DNA of 63,219 nt, filler included, from Basidioascus undulatus (taxonomy: Eukaryota), in NCBI GenBank assembly GCA_000826855.1. It is 7 parts of 7 records of this genome, joined end to end, with 100 filler letters (N's around TTAATTAATTAA, not from the genome) between each part and the next. Parts side by side here need not be neighbours in the genome. Positions count along the whole stretch, not along the records: positions 36,600 to 63,219 come from JTLS01000183.1; 6 more parts are not named here. One strand, 5' to 3'. The notes beneath the pieces were generated by a model. That model did not search any database. It saw only the letters and a program-made list of their open reading frames with translations, and was not told the origin of the DNA. This document shows positions 47,494-60,480 of the stretch, piece after piece. The first letter of the stretch is position 1, and each line of letters begins with the position of its first letter. The position numbers and the translations under genes are program-made.

Positions 47494-50400
47494 TCAAGCC
47501 GCCTCACCACCGCCCGGCCGCCCTTGCCGGAAAGCGTCGATGGCCTGCGCACGCTTCGCAGTGTCCGCAAAGAGCGCGCGGCATAGCGCGACGAGCTCTT
47601 CGGCCGAGAAGTCCATCAGCGCGCCTTCCTCGAAGAGATACTGCAGGTCGACGAGAGAAGCCTCCTGTTGATTGAGCAGATGAGTGAGCGGGATTCCAGA
47701 GGATAAGAAGCACGCTGCCGTGGTTACGTACGAGAATCTCGGACAGGTACGAGAACTTGAACCAGCTCTGTACGTAGACGTACGGGCGCGGTTCCTATGC
47801 GTGTGATGGAAAGCGTCAGCTTCATTTGCGAGCCAGGTTTGGAAGGCTGTTCAAGCGGACTCACGTCGCCCTCACGTTCGACGAAGAGCCCGCCCAGCTG
47901 GTCGTGCAGCTCCCGGAACATCCGACACAGCTGCGTGCTGTCATCCGCCGAGATGTCCTGCAACGCCTCGACGTCGTCCGTGACGCGCACGAGCACCGCG
48001 TCCACGAGCGAGCCCAGGAGAGGGAGCACCCGCGATGGCGGGATGACATCCTGCTCAGCGACGGAAGCGAAAATGTGAGTGAACACTTCTTCAAGTGCGA
48101 GAGTGCGGAGGCATGGGTCGGATGCGGGGGTGACACGCACTCGGATGGAAGAGGCGAGACGAGAGAGGGAAAGGGAGACTTGCGAGAGCGCGCGCTCGGT
48201 GGAGCGCAAGTTGGCCGCAGACGAGACGTCGCGGAAGCCAGCCGCGTCCGAGAGCGACTCGAACAGCAAGGCGCGCTGAGTTGCCTGTTGAAAGAAAGAG
48301 TTTTACGAGCCCGTTGCTGGGTCGCACTGTGGCAAACAGACGAACCTCGAACCCATCCAGCGTACGCTTTCCAAGCCACTCCAGTCTCTCGCGTGTCCTC
48401 GTCCACTCTTTGTCCCCTTCATCCGCGCCCACGTCCTTTCTCCTCCGCTCCACTTCCTTGGCGAGACACGCGCAGTCGTTGGCGAACTGCAATGCCAGAG
48501 CGGGAACAGCGAGCTCGTGCTCATGCGCCACAGGGAAGAGCGCGCGGTACAGGTCGAAGATGGCGTGGAAAGCGGAGAGGAGGCGAGCGGGAAGCGGGAA
48601 GGGCCCCGGCGACTGGGAGGATCTGAAAGGGGAATCAAGACCATGAGTTGTGAAATGGATATGAGAAGCGAAGCGGGCGGCGTACGAGGAGCGAAGATAA
48701 GCGACGTCTGACAAAAGTGAGTCGGCCAGCTCCAGCAGCGCGGACAAGCGCGTGGAGACGAGACGGCGCTCGATCGTCGGGCCTGCTGGAGCTGGAGGAG
48801 GCGGAAGCGGGGGCGGCGGGGTAGGCTCGCGTGGGGGTGGACGGGGAGAGCGGGCTGGCGTTGGGGAGGGGGAGCGGGTGGCAGGCGACGAGGAACGCGG
48901 GGCAGCGGCGGCAGCCGCGCCCTTCTTCGCCCCAAGCTTCGAAGCGACTTTGACGGGTTTCTTGGGCTCAGACGCTGGCTTGGGCGGCGGCAGGTCCTCG
49001 TCATCCCACCCCCACGCATCGTCCTCGTCGCCCTCGACAGGCTCCTTCGGCGGCGCAGCGGCAGGTGCGGGCGCGTCGTCCTCCAGTCCCCAGGGATCGT
49101 CGTCATCTTCTCCAGAGGCAGACACCGAGACCTTAAACCCCGAAGAAGGCGACGAGGTGTCGTCGTCGAAGCCCCAGCCCTCGGCGTCGTTCTCCGCATC
49201 GTCAGGCGCGGCAGGCGCAGTCCACGCCGACGCCGATCCAGACACTATGGGCCGCGGGGAGCGAGCGGACTCGGCGTCATTCACCACCGTCATATCCAAC
49301 TCGACCGCCTCCCAATCCTTCTTCAAAACCAGCTCCCGAGCGCGGAGGAGCGCGCCGTCGCGCCGACGGACGACCCATCTCGCGCCCCAGGATGCCTCGA
49401 AGTCACGCAGCGGCCGCTCGTGCGCCTCTCCTGCGATCTCCTTCTCAAACTCCGCGACTTCGCGGACTCTGGCGGGGAAAGCTTCGGCGTCTGGCGCGGA
49501 GAGAGATGTGGGTAGGGCGGAAAGGAGGTGGTTCGAGAGGATGAGGGAGAGCAGGGGCGTGACGAGAAGGGGGAGTAGTGGCGGAATGTGGGCGGAGAGG
49601 AAGGACGCAAGTGCGCGGAGAGACGGTGTCGGAGAGTGTGAGGAGGCGTCGGGCGACAGGGACAGGGAGGTCTCCGTGGACTGCAGAGTCGGGTAGGACG
49701 GCGGTGGTGAGGGAGGAAGGAGAGGTTGGACGAGGTGCTTGGTGATATCGGATTGGAGGGTGTGAAGACGAGGTTCGAGAGCGGATATGGTAGACAGAGC
49801 GGCGATGACGTCCGAGAAGGAGACCGGCTCGGCGGCAGCAGACACTGCGAGGCGGAAGGTCAGGGGCGCCGCACCGGATTGAAGCGACCGTACATACGCT
49901 TTGTGTTGGTTTCAATGGCCAAGACCGGACTCGACGAGTCCGACAGGTCAAAAGACACAGCGGATGTCCATGCGTCCGAAAGCTGCTCGGCGAGCTGGGA
50001 AGACAGCAACCGCAGCTCCGTCTCGATGTAGCCTCCTCGTCAGCCGCGCCCTCGAGAACCACACAAGGGGATGAGATCGTACCTTGATGGCATCAGTGCC
50101 CTTCCATTTAGCTAACCACCCCTCCAGCGCCCCAACCTTCCCCTCGGCCTCTTCCTTCAGCCACGCCGCCGCCTCCGCGACCTTCCCCGCCTCGACGAGC
50201 TTCTTGAGCTCCGCCAAAGCCTCGCGCGCCTCCCGGACCTTCCGCACCGCCTCCAGCTCAAGCCTGGCGCCCAGCGCTCGTTGCTCGAGCTCTGCATGCG
50301 CCTCCAATGCGCCCTTGAGCTCTGGCTCGAGCGCTGTGAGCGCCAAGCGGAGGGTGTCCGCTTCTTGGGAGAGCTCGGAGACTCGGAAGGAGAGGGAGAG

Positions 50401-50671
50401 GGACGTGGAGAGCTGGGACTGGAGGGTCGGTAGCTCGCGCTGGAGCGTTGCATGGAGCTCGGACTGAAAGATTGGAAGCGTCAGCACCATGCCGGCTGGT
50501 GAGCATGGACGAGGACCGCACCTTGGTCGCGTCAATGCCCTCGTCAAGCTCGTCCGCGACTTTACGGACTTCCTCGCTGGTCAGACCGCTCTTCGCCTGA
50601 GGTGCAGTGAGCGGTTGTAGATAATCCTCTAGACATTTGGCCCCAGCCGGGCGAGAAAGTAAGGGCGCCAT
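47494..50671 (-). CDS. ZW10: ZW10/Dsl1 family kinetochore/ER-tethering protein
   Basis: N-terminal coiled coil, acidic W-G-W/F lasso (DAEGWGFDDD, DDAWGWDDE), IFDLYRALFPV..ALQFANDC, DISADDSTQL, SWFKFSYLSEIL/EASLVDL..FSAEELVALCRALFADTAKR. Confidence 0.92.
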
Positions 50672-50847
50672 GGTTGGCGAGATGAACGTTGCCAGTCAAC
50701 TGACGTAGAACACTCGGTGAGCTGAACTCGCGCTTGACCGGCCTGCTCAGGTTGCCTCCCGACGTCCATCATCTCGCTCGCACTCATGATCGACTATAAT
50801 TGCTGACGGTAAAACTACCTCGTACACGCGCATCCTACTCACCAAAG

Positions 50848-52002
50848 ATGAACTCGAGCGTCTTCCTTCGCCTGCCGTCCGAGATCATTTCGTGAATCTT
50901 TGCGCTGGCCTCTACAGGCACCACCCCACAGGACGCAGCCACCCGTCATGCTCTTCCTCTGCTCTGCAAACAACTTTAAGTGAGCAATTCTCTAATACAT
51001 GGCACGCAGTCCTTTGACCACCTCCGCTTAGCCCTTTGGTCAACGCACTCTTGCCGAGACGATCACACTCCAGTCCCTTTCCTCTGTCGAGCGTCTTTAC
51101 GACGGGCTCCTTTGCTCATAGAAGCGTGGTTTCCCTTCGCGGGATACATTCGTACTCTTCAGATCTCGATCGAAAGCGCATCGGAGCTAGGGCCACGTAA
51201 TCAGCTGGAGGGCACCGCGCTGCTCTCTCATAGCGCCACTTCTCACCGGCCTGACTTGGTTTACTACCATTTCTGGGCCGCAAAACAACATGTGGGAACT
51301 TTCCATGGGCCTCGAGCTGCTGGATACACTCAGTCGAAGCTGCGGCGGTAGCCTGACTAGGCTGAGTCTGGAACTCGACATGCCGCTAGACGACGCCGGA
51401 CCTGTACTTTCCGCGTTGAATCGGTTCACATACGTGTGAAGGCTTTCCTTGAGGGCTGAAAATGTGCCTACGAACCGTCATAATACACTTCTGACGCTTC
51501 CTCGACTCGAAAAGCATCATCTTAGTTCAGACATGGTCGACACATCTCTTGACCCTGTCGTTGGGACAGAGACCAGCGGAAGGTCTCGTCGACTTCTTGA
51601 GGCGGCACGGCGAAGGCTTGCGTAGATTCAGATCCGCGTAGATCACGCGAGCGTCAATGCCACAGCCGTGCTGGAATGCTGCTCAAATGTTAAGGCTCTC
51701 CACCTTCGATCGGTCCCGCAACTTTCAGGAACATAATTTGTAGGTGTCCTTCCATCGACGCTCGCCTACATGACAATAAGCTTCCTGGACACGTCGGTTC
51801 GTTGTCGTAACATGCTCGAGGAGATTCTGATTCGCCTCGAGTCGTCACGTCTGAGGAGCTTGACGCTGTTGCCCTGGTTTCGGAGTTTGTCGGAATGCTT
51901 TACGTGGGATGGGATGGGGGATCGGTCTTTCGTGGGGCGGGCAGCGTCAAGTTGGAACGGCAGGGGATCCACTTGTGTGACGAAGGGAACTTCCACTTGT
52001 AG
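50848..52002 (+). pseudogene. F-box/LRR-like family member B (premature stops)
   Basis: MNSSVFLRLPSEIIS*IFALASTGTTPQDAATRHALPLLCKQL*..GLELLDTLSRSCGGSLTRLSLEL..SALNRFTYV*RLSL. Confidence 0.7.
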
Positions 52003-55000
52003 GACGCGGCGGCGTCGTGTAATTGATAGACGTGCTTCTGTTGGGGTAGAGCCAGACTATTGCTCCTCCAGTGTATCAGCAAAGCGGACGGTCATAATCA
52101 TGCGTGGGCACTTCCACCTCTTCGTTCTACAGGTCCGGACCTCTAAGGCAGTTGCAGGAAACAGCAGCACTTATAAAGCGCTTGCTTACCACGGACCGCG
52201 GTCATTTTTTGCTGCATGTACTTCGCACCAATCTCCCCGATCCTGCCGGTTGAAGATTGTGCGGTCTATCAGGTGCGGCGCTTCGGCCTCCGGGACATGG
52301 ACGAGGTTGTAAGATAACATAGTCGCGTTGCTCGCTAACGGAAGGGAAACTGCTTCAAGTGCGCATTCAGTTCCTCGATTATGCAGGCTTTCTATGTAAA
52401 TCCCACATAGCTAGCGAAAGTCGGATGGCGTGCAAGGTGAACCTCCTGCCTGGTCTCGACTCAAACCCACAGTAATGCTCCGCGTTGAGTTGTAGCCTGG
52501 TTCTACACGCAAGCTGGACAAATTGCCTCTTGATATCTACCGGATAAGGACCAATCCAGAAGCTGTGCATGGTTTATAGCCTAGCTACAAGGTCCGCATC
52601 GTCGCCGAATTCTTCGCTGAATGTCTTGATGCCTCCCACGAGAACAAGCGACTCGCTATGCCCGCTCAGACTGGCCTTCTCAAGCGCTTCGGCATACCAA
52701 CCCGCGCAGCGCGGACGGCGCCCGTTCGACGACGAGCAGTGGAAGACGTCCTTGGCGGATTGAGAGAGGACTCTGTGTTAAGGGCGGGCCGGGAATGGAG
52801 AACATTGTTGGGCAGAACGGGAACTCGTCTCAGGAAGTTGGCCCAAAATCGATGGAAAGAACGCATGATCGTACGGGATCAGGCCTGGGAGAGTCTGGTA
52901 AAAGGAATGCGCAGGGCGCATCGACCGCTCTGCCCACCAATTCCCCCCTTCTCCTTCCACTCCCATCACCGCCAGCTAACTAATATGCCCATTTGCGCGG
53001 AAAAGTGCGCCCTCCTCCGCCAGCCTCATCTCCCTCGGAGAAGGGGTCAGGCGACGGCGAAACATCCTCGTACCAACCTCGTACCCGCACCGGGCATAAC
53101 TCGAACGCCGCGCAGAAGCTTGTGACTGGTCCGTCGAGGGGAACGCCGGACGAGGGGTCGGACCTGCCAGACTGGTTGGTGTGGGTAGGTCATTATGACA
53201 GGAACCGTCTCCAGCACAGGCCACTCCAGCTTCAAGTAAACTCACACGTCGTTCCGTTTCGTATCTAGAATTTCAACTCTTTCGTTTCCGCAACCGTCAA
53301 TCCTCGACCTGCAGCCTCCCCGCCAGCCGTCGACGTGCTACACCGAAGAGACGTGGTGGGAAGTACTCATAGCCATCAACATGGGCGCGGGTTTTGATCG
53401 TAGGGCAGCAAGAAATGAGGTGATGGACACTCTCTGCCTGCGGTGACCGGAAACGGGAAGAAATCAGCGCGTCGTCTCGCATATACGATGCGTGCTGACG
53501 AGCCCGACGACAGGTCCCACCGGCAAAGCGCTGCATATACCAACATTTTTCTATACGTATGACCTGGGTTCTTTTCAGTTCATTGCTTGCGTAAGAGCGT
53601 TTTTTTACCAGTCTTTCTAATGCACAGTCTCCGGGATGGAATCGCGGTTCAAGTTCCCCGCAGCGCTCATCTTCAGCGCACTGGCTGTTCTTATGCAAGT
53701 CAAGCCCGACCCGGTCTCCCCCGCTTTGAGGAGATGAGCCAGCGTTCATTAAACATGTATGATCTTGCGTGGGGTGCGCTCGACGCGGCCTTCCAGGCGA
53801 GCGCGTTCAGCCTAGGCCTCGTCCACGGTGCAAGTGTGCGCCCGTTTTCAATCCCATCGAATGAGAGTGAGCTTGCTTGACGTTAGTTTAACAGTCTGTG
53901 TGTCGATTCAAGCTCTTTGGACATTCCAAACACTCTCCGCACAAGTCGCAGGCCGCGTGAGTGGCTCTCTCAATCAATTGGCCGAAAGTGCTCACAATGG
54001 AGTCAACCTATAGCTTACTCTAATCGTTTGCATGGGGTACAACCGACATTGGTTCGTGAGTGAAACTGTGTGCGGCGTATGTGAGGCACCAACAGTGCTA
54101 ATCGGCTCCGCGGCAGCGACTGTCAAATCTTCGACGACGACGGTATTGGTCTGGGAGCAGCGCCCACTCCGACGGATGATATCTCTTACGGCTGCATGTG
54201 CAAGAACACGGCGAGCGAAGCAGTCAAGGAGCCTTACTTGAGTGGCTTATCCATCTTCGGTTCTTAAGCGCCAGGATCGCGCTCACCCTTACCATATCAA
54301 CATTGAGTAGAATCGGCGGACTTTGCACGGAATTGGGAATTGCACGACATCTGGAAAGAGGAAGCTCGTCGGTACGTTGCAACTGCTTTGCAGCTCCAAC
54401 CTTGGCGAGACAAGCGCTGAAACTCTTGCGATCAGACTGGTTTGCGCTGCAGCAGGAAAAGCCGTCTGTGGCTCTAGTTCTCATAAATACTCATGTACAG
54501 GTAGCTGATCGGTTTGCGGTTTGCGCGGCTGCAGTCGTCTTTCAGCAGCTGTCCGCTTCTCTACTTGCAAAGTGCACCTCTGCAGATCGTCCAGCCCCGC
54601 AACTATGCGCTGCATTCGAAGGAGAAGCTCTGTTAGCGAGATCACCCAACCTTCGGGTAACTAGTGTAGACTTCTGCCGGTCAGAATTGAACGCTTACGC
54701 ATCTGGGCGCTCGAGCTCAGCATTTTCGTCGTGATAGCATCTGGGCGTTGGATGCCCGCGCGACGCTCCTCAGCAACGCAGCCCTCCGACTTCCCCCGGA
54801 CCAGCCGTGGGCTGACTTCGCCAGTCGTTCCGCTCGATCATAGCTGGTATTGCGGAAATCGAGCGCAGCCTGATCCTCGAACATTTGTGCCGCCACGACG
54901 GTGGTGCCGGAGGTCTCCAGGCCTGGTTTGATCCGTTTGCTTACTGCTTTGTGTGGGTGCATTTGTAGTCCCCCGAGATGTGAATGCTCAACCACATGTG

Positions 55001-55085
55001 TTTTATTCAGCACCCGCATCACCGTGACGGTGAAAGCGCGACAAGCGTCTGGCTCGTCTGACCTCACGTAAGTCGTCCGTATCGA

Positions 55086-56640
55086 TTGGCTGACTCCACA
55101 CTGACGACCCTTCTCAGACCGCCGAAAGACTTCACGCCGCAGCAGGCAAATGCCTGTCTGGACAGCATGCTCGCTGTTTTGAACAGATCAACTTTTGTAA
55201 CGTTTCCCCATGCCGTCCGGGCCTCGCTCATTCTCTTCTGCATCTTGTTGCAGAGCCTCGCCCACGTTGGATGGGAGACGCTGCCGTACCCGCACATCAG
55301 CTTGCTGAACTTTGATCGCAAGGACTGGCCATACAACCCACAGGACGAGCTGGCGGAGGGCTACGAAGTATGAAGAGGAGTATCAGGAGATCGAGTATTA
55401 CCCCGCTACTCGACGCCCTCGCGACACACCAGCCGCATCCCCAGCGTATCGACCTTGGCGGGTGCGTGCGGTTCTCGGTCGTGTCATTTTTGACTGAGAT
55501 TTTTTAACCAGCCGAGTCGACCCTTCGCGCCCGCTTCCGTTCCGAGCCTTCCCTTCCTTGAAGGACCTCACCGTCCGCGACTTTGTGCCACCAGGCGCAG
55601 ACCTCAGCTGCTTGCCGCCTCTACACACTTTGCGAGACTCTTTCTGTGACTTCTCGCACCTGCCGCCCTCGTTGTTCCCCGACTCTCCTCAAGCACCTCA
55701 CCACCGTGCTCGACATTGACGTTGCCCTCCGGGGACAGCACGACCTAGACATCGACCTGGACGACGACTACCCGCCGCCCCTGTCGCCCTCCGAGCCCTC
55801 CACTATTTCACATCATATCTCCCTTCTCTCCCTTCTCTCCTAAACGCTCACCACCCTCTGCCTCCGCGTCAACGTCATCTGGGACAACGCGGCGCTCTCG
55901 CCCTTCTTCTCCCTCACGGCACACCTCTCCCTCTCCTCCACCTGCCTCCCGCACATCGCTCGCTCTGAGTTCCACGATGCCCAGACGGCTTCTCGAGCTG
56001 GGCCGAGTTCCCCGACTCGCGCGGACACCCGTTCGAGATCGCCAATGCGCTCGTGAAGGGGCTGCTCAGTGCGCTTCCGGCGCTCAGGGCGATCATGCTA
56101 CCCGTCGAGCAGAGCCCGATCTCAAGAGGGCTACTCAAGACCCTCAAGTCCAATCCGGGAGGTCGATACGCTGGCCCTTCAGGGTAATGGGTCGGCGAAC
56201 GACGTGCTTGCCGCCCTGCCCTCCGCTGCCCCGGGCTTGCATCAGCTTGCCATGAAGTTTGCTGATGCTTCCGAAGTGAGGGTGTCTGGATTTCTCTCTT
56301 TATTTTTTCTCCATTTTTAGCTTTGTTCCTCCTATTCATCCGCGCACATAGCCCGACCTCCTTTCCCGCTCTCGCCCGCCTGCTCCACCTTCATTCATTC
56401 ATCCTCTCCTCCCGTGCGCCGCGTGTCCCCTATAGCGACTCGTACTCCCACAGCGCCGAAGTGCTTTTAAACTCTGAACCCGTACCCAACCTCCCCGTCG
56501 CCCGCACCTACTTCCGCGCCTGCCTGAGCCTCCATCGCCTCGGCCGCAACCGGTCCGGCACTTCGGACCCGCGACAGACGTTTTTCGCGCGCCAGCGGAG
56601 CAGAAGAGAGGACGGGCGGAGGGGATCTCATAGTGACTAG
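55086..56640 (+). pseudogene. Degenerate LRR/RNI-like gene
   Basis: Fragments AFPSLKDLTV, LKHLTTVLDI, TLTTLCLRV, APGLHQLAM, FPALARLLHLHSFIL and YFRACLSLHRL, broken by stops and frameshifts. Confidence 0.5.
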
Positions 56641-57408
56641 GGAGGGCCCCGCGTGCGCGGGTGGGATGGAGTGGCTGTTGCTGGACGATGAAGAGACCGG
56701 AAAATAGTCTCCTTTTTTCCTTCTCTGTTTCCATGTACGTTTTTGGGGCAGCTTCCGGGTATTAAGCTCTTGAACTGCTAGTGGTTAATCCTGAGCCTGG
56801 GCTTGGACTTGAGCAAGGCAAAGAAAGAAAACAGACAAGGGGGGGGAGGGCGTTCCGCATTCTGTTGCAATAACCTTCTGTAAGCGATTCTCGTGAGGCT
56901 GCGGTCGTGGTGGACAGCTAAATATGAATCCAGCTTTGATAAAATTCCCGCTCCTTGCGCATCCATACCTCAAACAACGCAAGGTGCGATTCCGGCCCAA
57001 GCTACACGGCGTCGTTGCCGTATCTGTCCTCGGAAGCCGCGGTGGCTCAGTGCTGTCCGCTGGTGTGCGGCAGGTGAGGCTCGACCTGCCCTTCCAGATA
57101 TAAATAATTCTTCCGATTGAAATAAGTAAGGTAAGTCTCGTTTCTGAAAACCCGCAGATTCCTAGAAATTTGGGCAGGTACAGCCACTCCGAAGACGAGC
57201 GTATGCCACAAGATATTTGCTCATACTTGGTCAGAGTCAGGCACCACTGCAAATTCCTATCTTAATAAAGCTGACAGCCGTTAAGAACTCCCATGGGCGT
57301 CGACACCCCGTCCCTTGCGTCCCCGTGCCGTCTTCCGCTCTTTTCCTTCTCCCTTCGACACCAGCACCACCCACTCAACCTCAGTATATCCTGCATCCAG
57401 CATTAATA

Positions 57409-58132
57409 TTGACTCGAGCTCTGTTCGCATTTCAACTTCCGAAATCACCTCTCGCATCATGGGCTTAGCAACAGCCGGCAACAGCCCAGAAGCCGCAACG
57501 ACCCGGTGTGCTCTCCCGCTCGTGTGCAAGGAGCTTCATGTAAGATCGCTCTGTCTCGGTGGAGCTTCTGGACTTCAACTACGTGTCCTCTGCCATTTGC
57601 ATATAAAGCTCTCGGACAAGGTGGCCAAAGGGCGAGGCGCTGTGCTCGGAAAGCCGAAGGGCCTCGTAAAGACGCTCGATCGAAGACAGAGAATGCAGTG
57701 CGGCGAGATAGGTTTGAGCGATAGCTGAATAGACGAAGTTCAGCATGGTATGATGTGTACCTGCCGTCGCTCATCTCGCACATCTGTGATCTCACCCTGT
57801 CCTTTGCCACTGGGCACAACTGTCCATCTTGGGGCTATCGTGCTGGCTTGAGGATCCTGGACACACTCGTACGTACCTGCACCACCAGCCTTGTTCATCT
57901 CATGCTCGACATCGACCTGCACCAGGACAAGCCTGAAATTGACATCATGGCTCTGAGCCGCTTCACTCAACTCCGTCGCCTCACGTTGAACACGACCACT
58001 CTAAAGCTCGAGGAAGAGATAGCCGTCCATCGAACTTCCCAATCTCGAGTTCCTTTCTCTAACTCGGGCTTTGCAGATGTCCCTGACTTGGGCTACATCT
58101 TCTGCTTCTCCCATGCGACATTTCAAATTTAG
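57409..58132 (+). pseudogene. F-box/LRR-like family member C (no start codon, 3'-truncated)
   Basis: SEITSRIMGLATAGNSPEAATTRCALPLVCKELH..SWGYRAGLRILDTLVRTCTTSLVHL..ALSRFTQLRRLTL. Nucleotide match to member A: ATCGAACTTCCCAA..CGAGTT.CTTTCTCT. Confidence 0.72.
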
Positions 58133-58156
58133 ATTTGAGGAAGAGGTAGATTAACT

Positions 58157-58228
58157 GGTTGAGTAGTATAATGGTTAGTACGCAGGATTCTGATTCCTTA
58201 GATCTGGGTTCGATTCCCAGCTCGACCT
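58157..58228 (+). tRNA. tRNA-Gln (anticodon CTG), intronless
   Basis: 72 nt: acceptor GGTTGAG/CTCGACC, D-arm TAGTATAATGGTTAGTAC, anticodon arm CAGGA-TTCTGAT-TCCTT, T-arm CTGGG-TTCGATT-CCCAG. Confidence 0.9.
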
Positions 58229-58315
58229 AGTTTGACAACGCTTGAGGCGTCTCCTTTTTGTTGGCTTGAGCTTAAGCAAGCAAGCAGCTTTTATTGTCCA
58301 GCATCCCTTTGCAAA

Positions 58316-60480
58316 TCACCCTCTCACGCCCATCATTGCCACTGATGATGGCTTACTCGAGCGGAATCTCGTGCTTGACGGTGGTGAGAATGCAGTGCTG
58401 TGTGGGCATAAGAGAATAGCGACAGTGAGCAAGGAGAGTGAGTGCAATGGGGAGCAGCCATTGAGGGGAACAAGAAGCAGCAAAACATACCTGGCTGACG
58501 GATCCAGCCTTGAGGACAAAGTACTAGTTGAGTGCAGTATTGTGCATGCGTGTTTGTCTCAGTGCTCTCCACCGGGGCCCAAACTGAGCTGACATGCCTT
58601 GCTATACCCCCACAAGTAGAGCAGGCCTTCATCCAAGACGGCAAGATTGTTGCACCCACTGGCACTTAGCACAACAACCATCTTCATCCTGCTGAAGCTG
58701 CCTGCATAGGGTGGCACCTCAGGCTCAGGCTCTTCCTTGGTTGGTGGGGGTGGGAACACGATGCATTGACTGGCTCAGGAATGTGCTGGTCAACCGCAAG
58801 CATGGGCATCTCAACCTTCAACATCAACACCCTGCTTGGCTGCCTTGGCTGCACGTGCATCCTCAGTCTCCTCTTAAGGTGCTCAGTGACATCCTCTGCA
58901 GCCAGGTGGTCCAGCATGAGCCCAAGCTCATTGCTGTCACAGTGGCCACACACCCACACCTCACCATTGTCAAAGAGGAAGAGTGAGTGGTGCTCACCAC
59001 TGGCGATGGACACAACATGTGCACCGGTGTGTCTCTCTGGGTGCAGCATGTCAACAAGTGTTGGTGTCTGGGATCATGTAGCCCAGCCACTGTGCATGTC
59101 TGTGACACTTGTCTGGCACATCTTGTTAAGCCCCCATGCGTACATGACACCATCCTTGTCAATGGCAAAACTGTGGTATGACCCACTGCTGATGAGGACA
59201 ATGTTCTTGAGGTGCAGCAGCTCAGGCTGTAGCCTGCTTGTCTTGTGCCGCTCAATAATCGTGTGCCCCAGCTGGTGCTGCTGCCCATTGCCCCATGCAT
59301 ACACCTGTCTATTATGCATGAGTGTGAGTGCATGGTCCACCCCACATGCCACTTGCATGATTGTCTTGCCTGCAAATGCAGGGAGTGTGACAGGCTCGAC
59401 CTGCTGCTGTTGGGTGCTGACACAGCTGTCAAAGCGGAGCTGACCATTGCTTGACTGCATGGAAAAGGAACAGTGTCAAAAGATGAAGACAGAAAAGGAG
59501 AAAAACAAAGAGAACACATGTGGAAGCTGCCCCATGTGCACAGCTCACCTGCACTTATCGTGAGCGAGATGTTATCACCTGGGATGACTGCGACAGCGCG
59601 GAAGCCCTCGAGACCTTGGACAAGCATCAGCACTGACTCGAGCTCCTCAAACTCCATGTCGAGCACCTTGGTTAGCTGACCAAGTGAAAGCTTGTCGTTG
59701 ACGTCCCATGATGAAACCTGGGAAAAGAGAAAAATGTGGTGAGCATCCTGACAGAACGAACGGAGCGAATCACTGAAAAACATGATCTGAAAGTTGGGGT
59801 GAAAAGGACCTCCCCTCCATTGTTCCTCAACCCGCCTCCATGTTCTTCGCAACCAACTTCCCAGCCATTTCACCATCCCTCACTACTGCACCTGTCCCAC
59901 CTCATACCCTTCACTCGCTCCTTGAACCAAAGATAGCTCACTTTTCCCTCCGAGTCGATGACCAAGTTGTGCATTCCGCCCGTCGCGACCTTCTCAACGC
60001 CACCCTGCTCAAGCTTGCCCTCTTTGATTGCGTCCTCAAACCACATGTGAAGGCGCGGCCGCTTAATCTCACCGATCGTGTTCGTGTCCGTGCCAAGCCC
60101 AAATTGGCCCATGTCGCCTGTGCCAAAAACGAGCAGCGTGCGCGGCGCGCCGCTCGCGTGCGCCGCTAGCGGGGTCGGCAGCGCGTTCACCCCCGGCGCG
60201 GCGGGCTTCTTGGGCTGCTCCGCCGCGGCGGGACACCCGCGCTTCTTAGGCGCCTCATCTGCGGGCGGGGACGCCGCACGTTTGCGCCCGCGCCCCGAGG
60301 GTGTGGGAGGCGCAGCGGCGGCGGCAGCAGCCTCGCCGTTCGTCGAGGCAGGCTCGGCGGCCTTGCGTACGCGACGGGGGGCGGTCGCTTAGGTTTTGGC
60401 TGTTGTTCGTATGAGGGTCAGCGATGCTCGGAGTACATAACAACATCCGAGTTAAAAACAACGCAACCCTTAGGCGGCAT
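58316..60480 (-). pseudogene. RCC1/Pim1/Srm1 (Ran GEF) homolog, CpG-eroded pseudogene
   Basis: MPPK/ATAPRR.., LLVFGTGDMGQFGLG, VATGGMH, QVACGVDH, VYAWGNGQQHQLG, SGSYHSFA, YAWGLN and SGEHHSL. In-frame TGA at 59074-59076, with frameshifts downstream. Confidence 0.88.

Noticed and set aside
53380..53450. ESVHHLISCCP as a LINE zinc knuckle
   Set aside because: Lacks the upstream CxxC; better explained as LRR-like debris.
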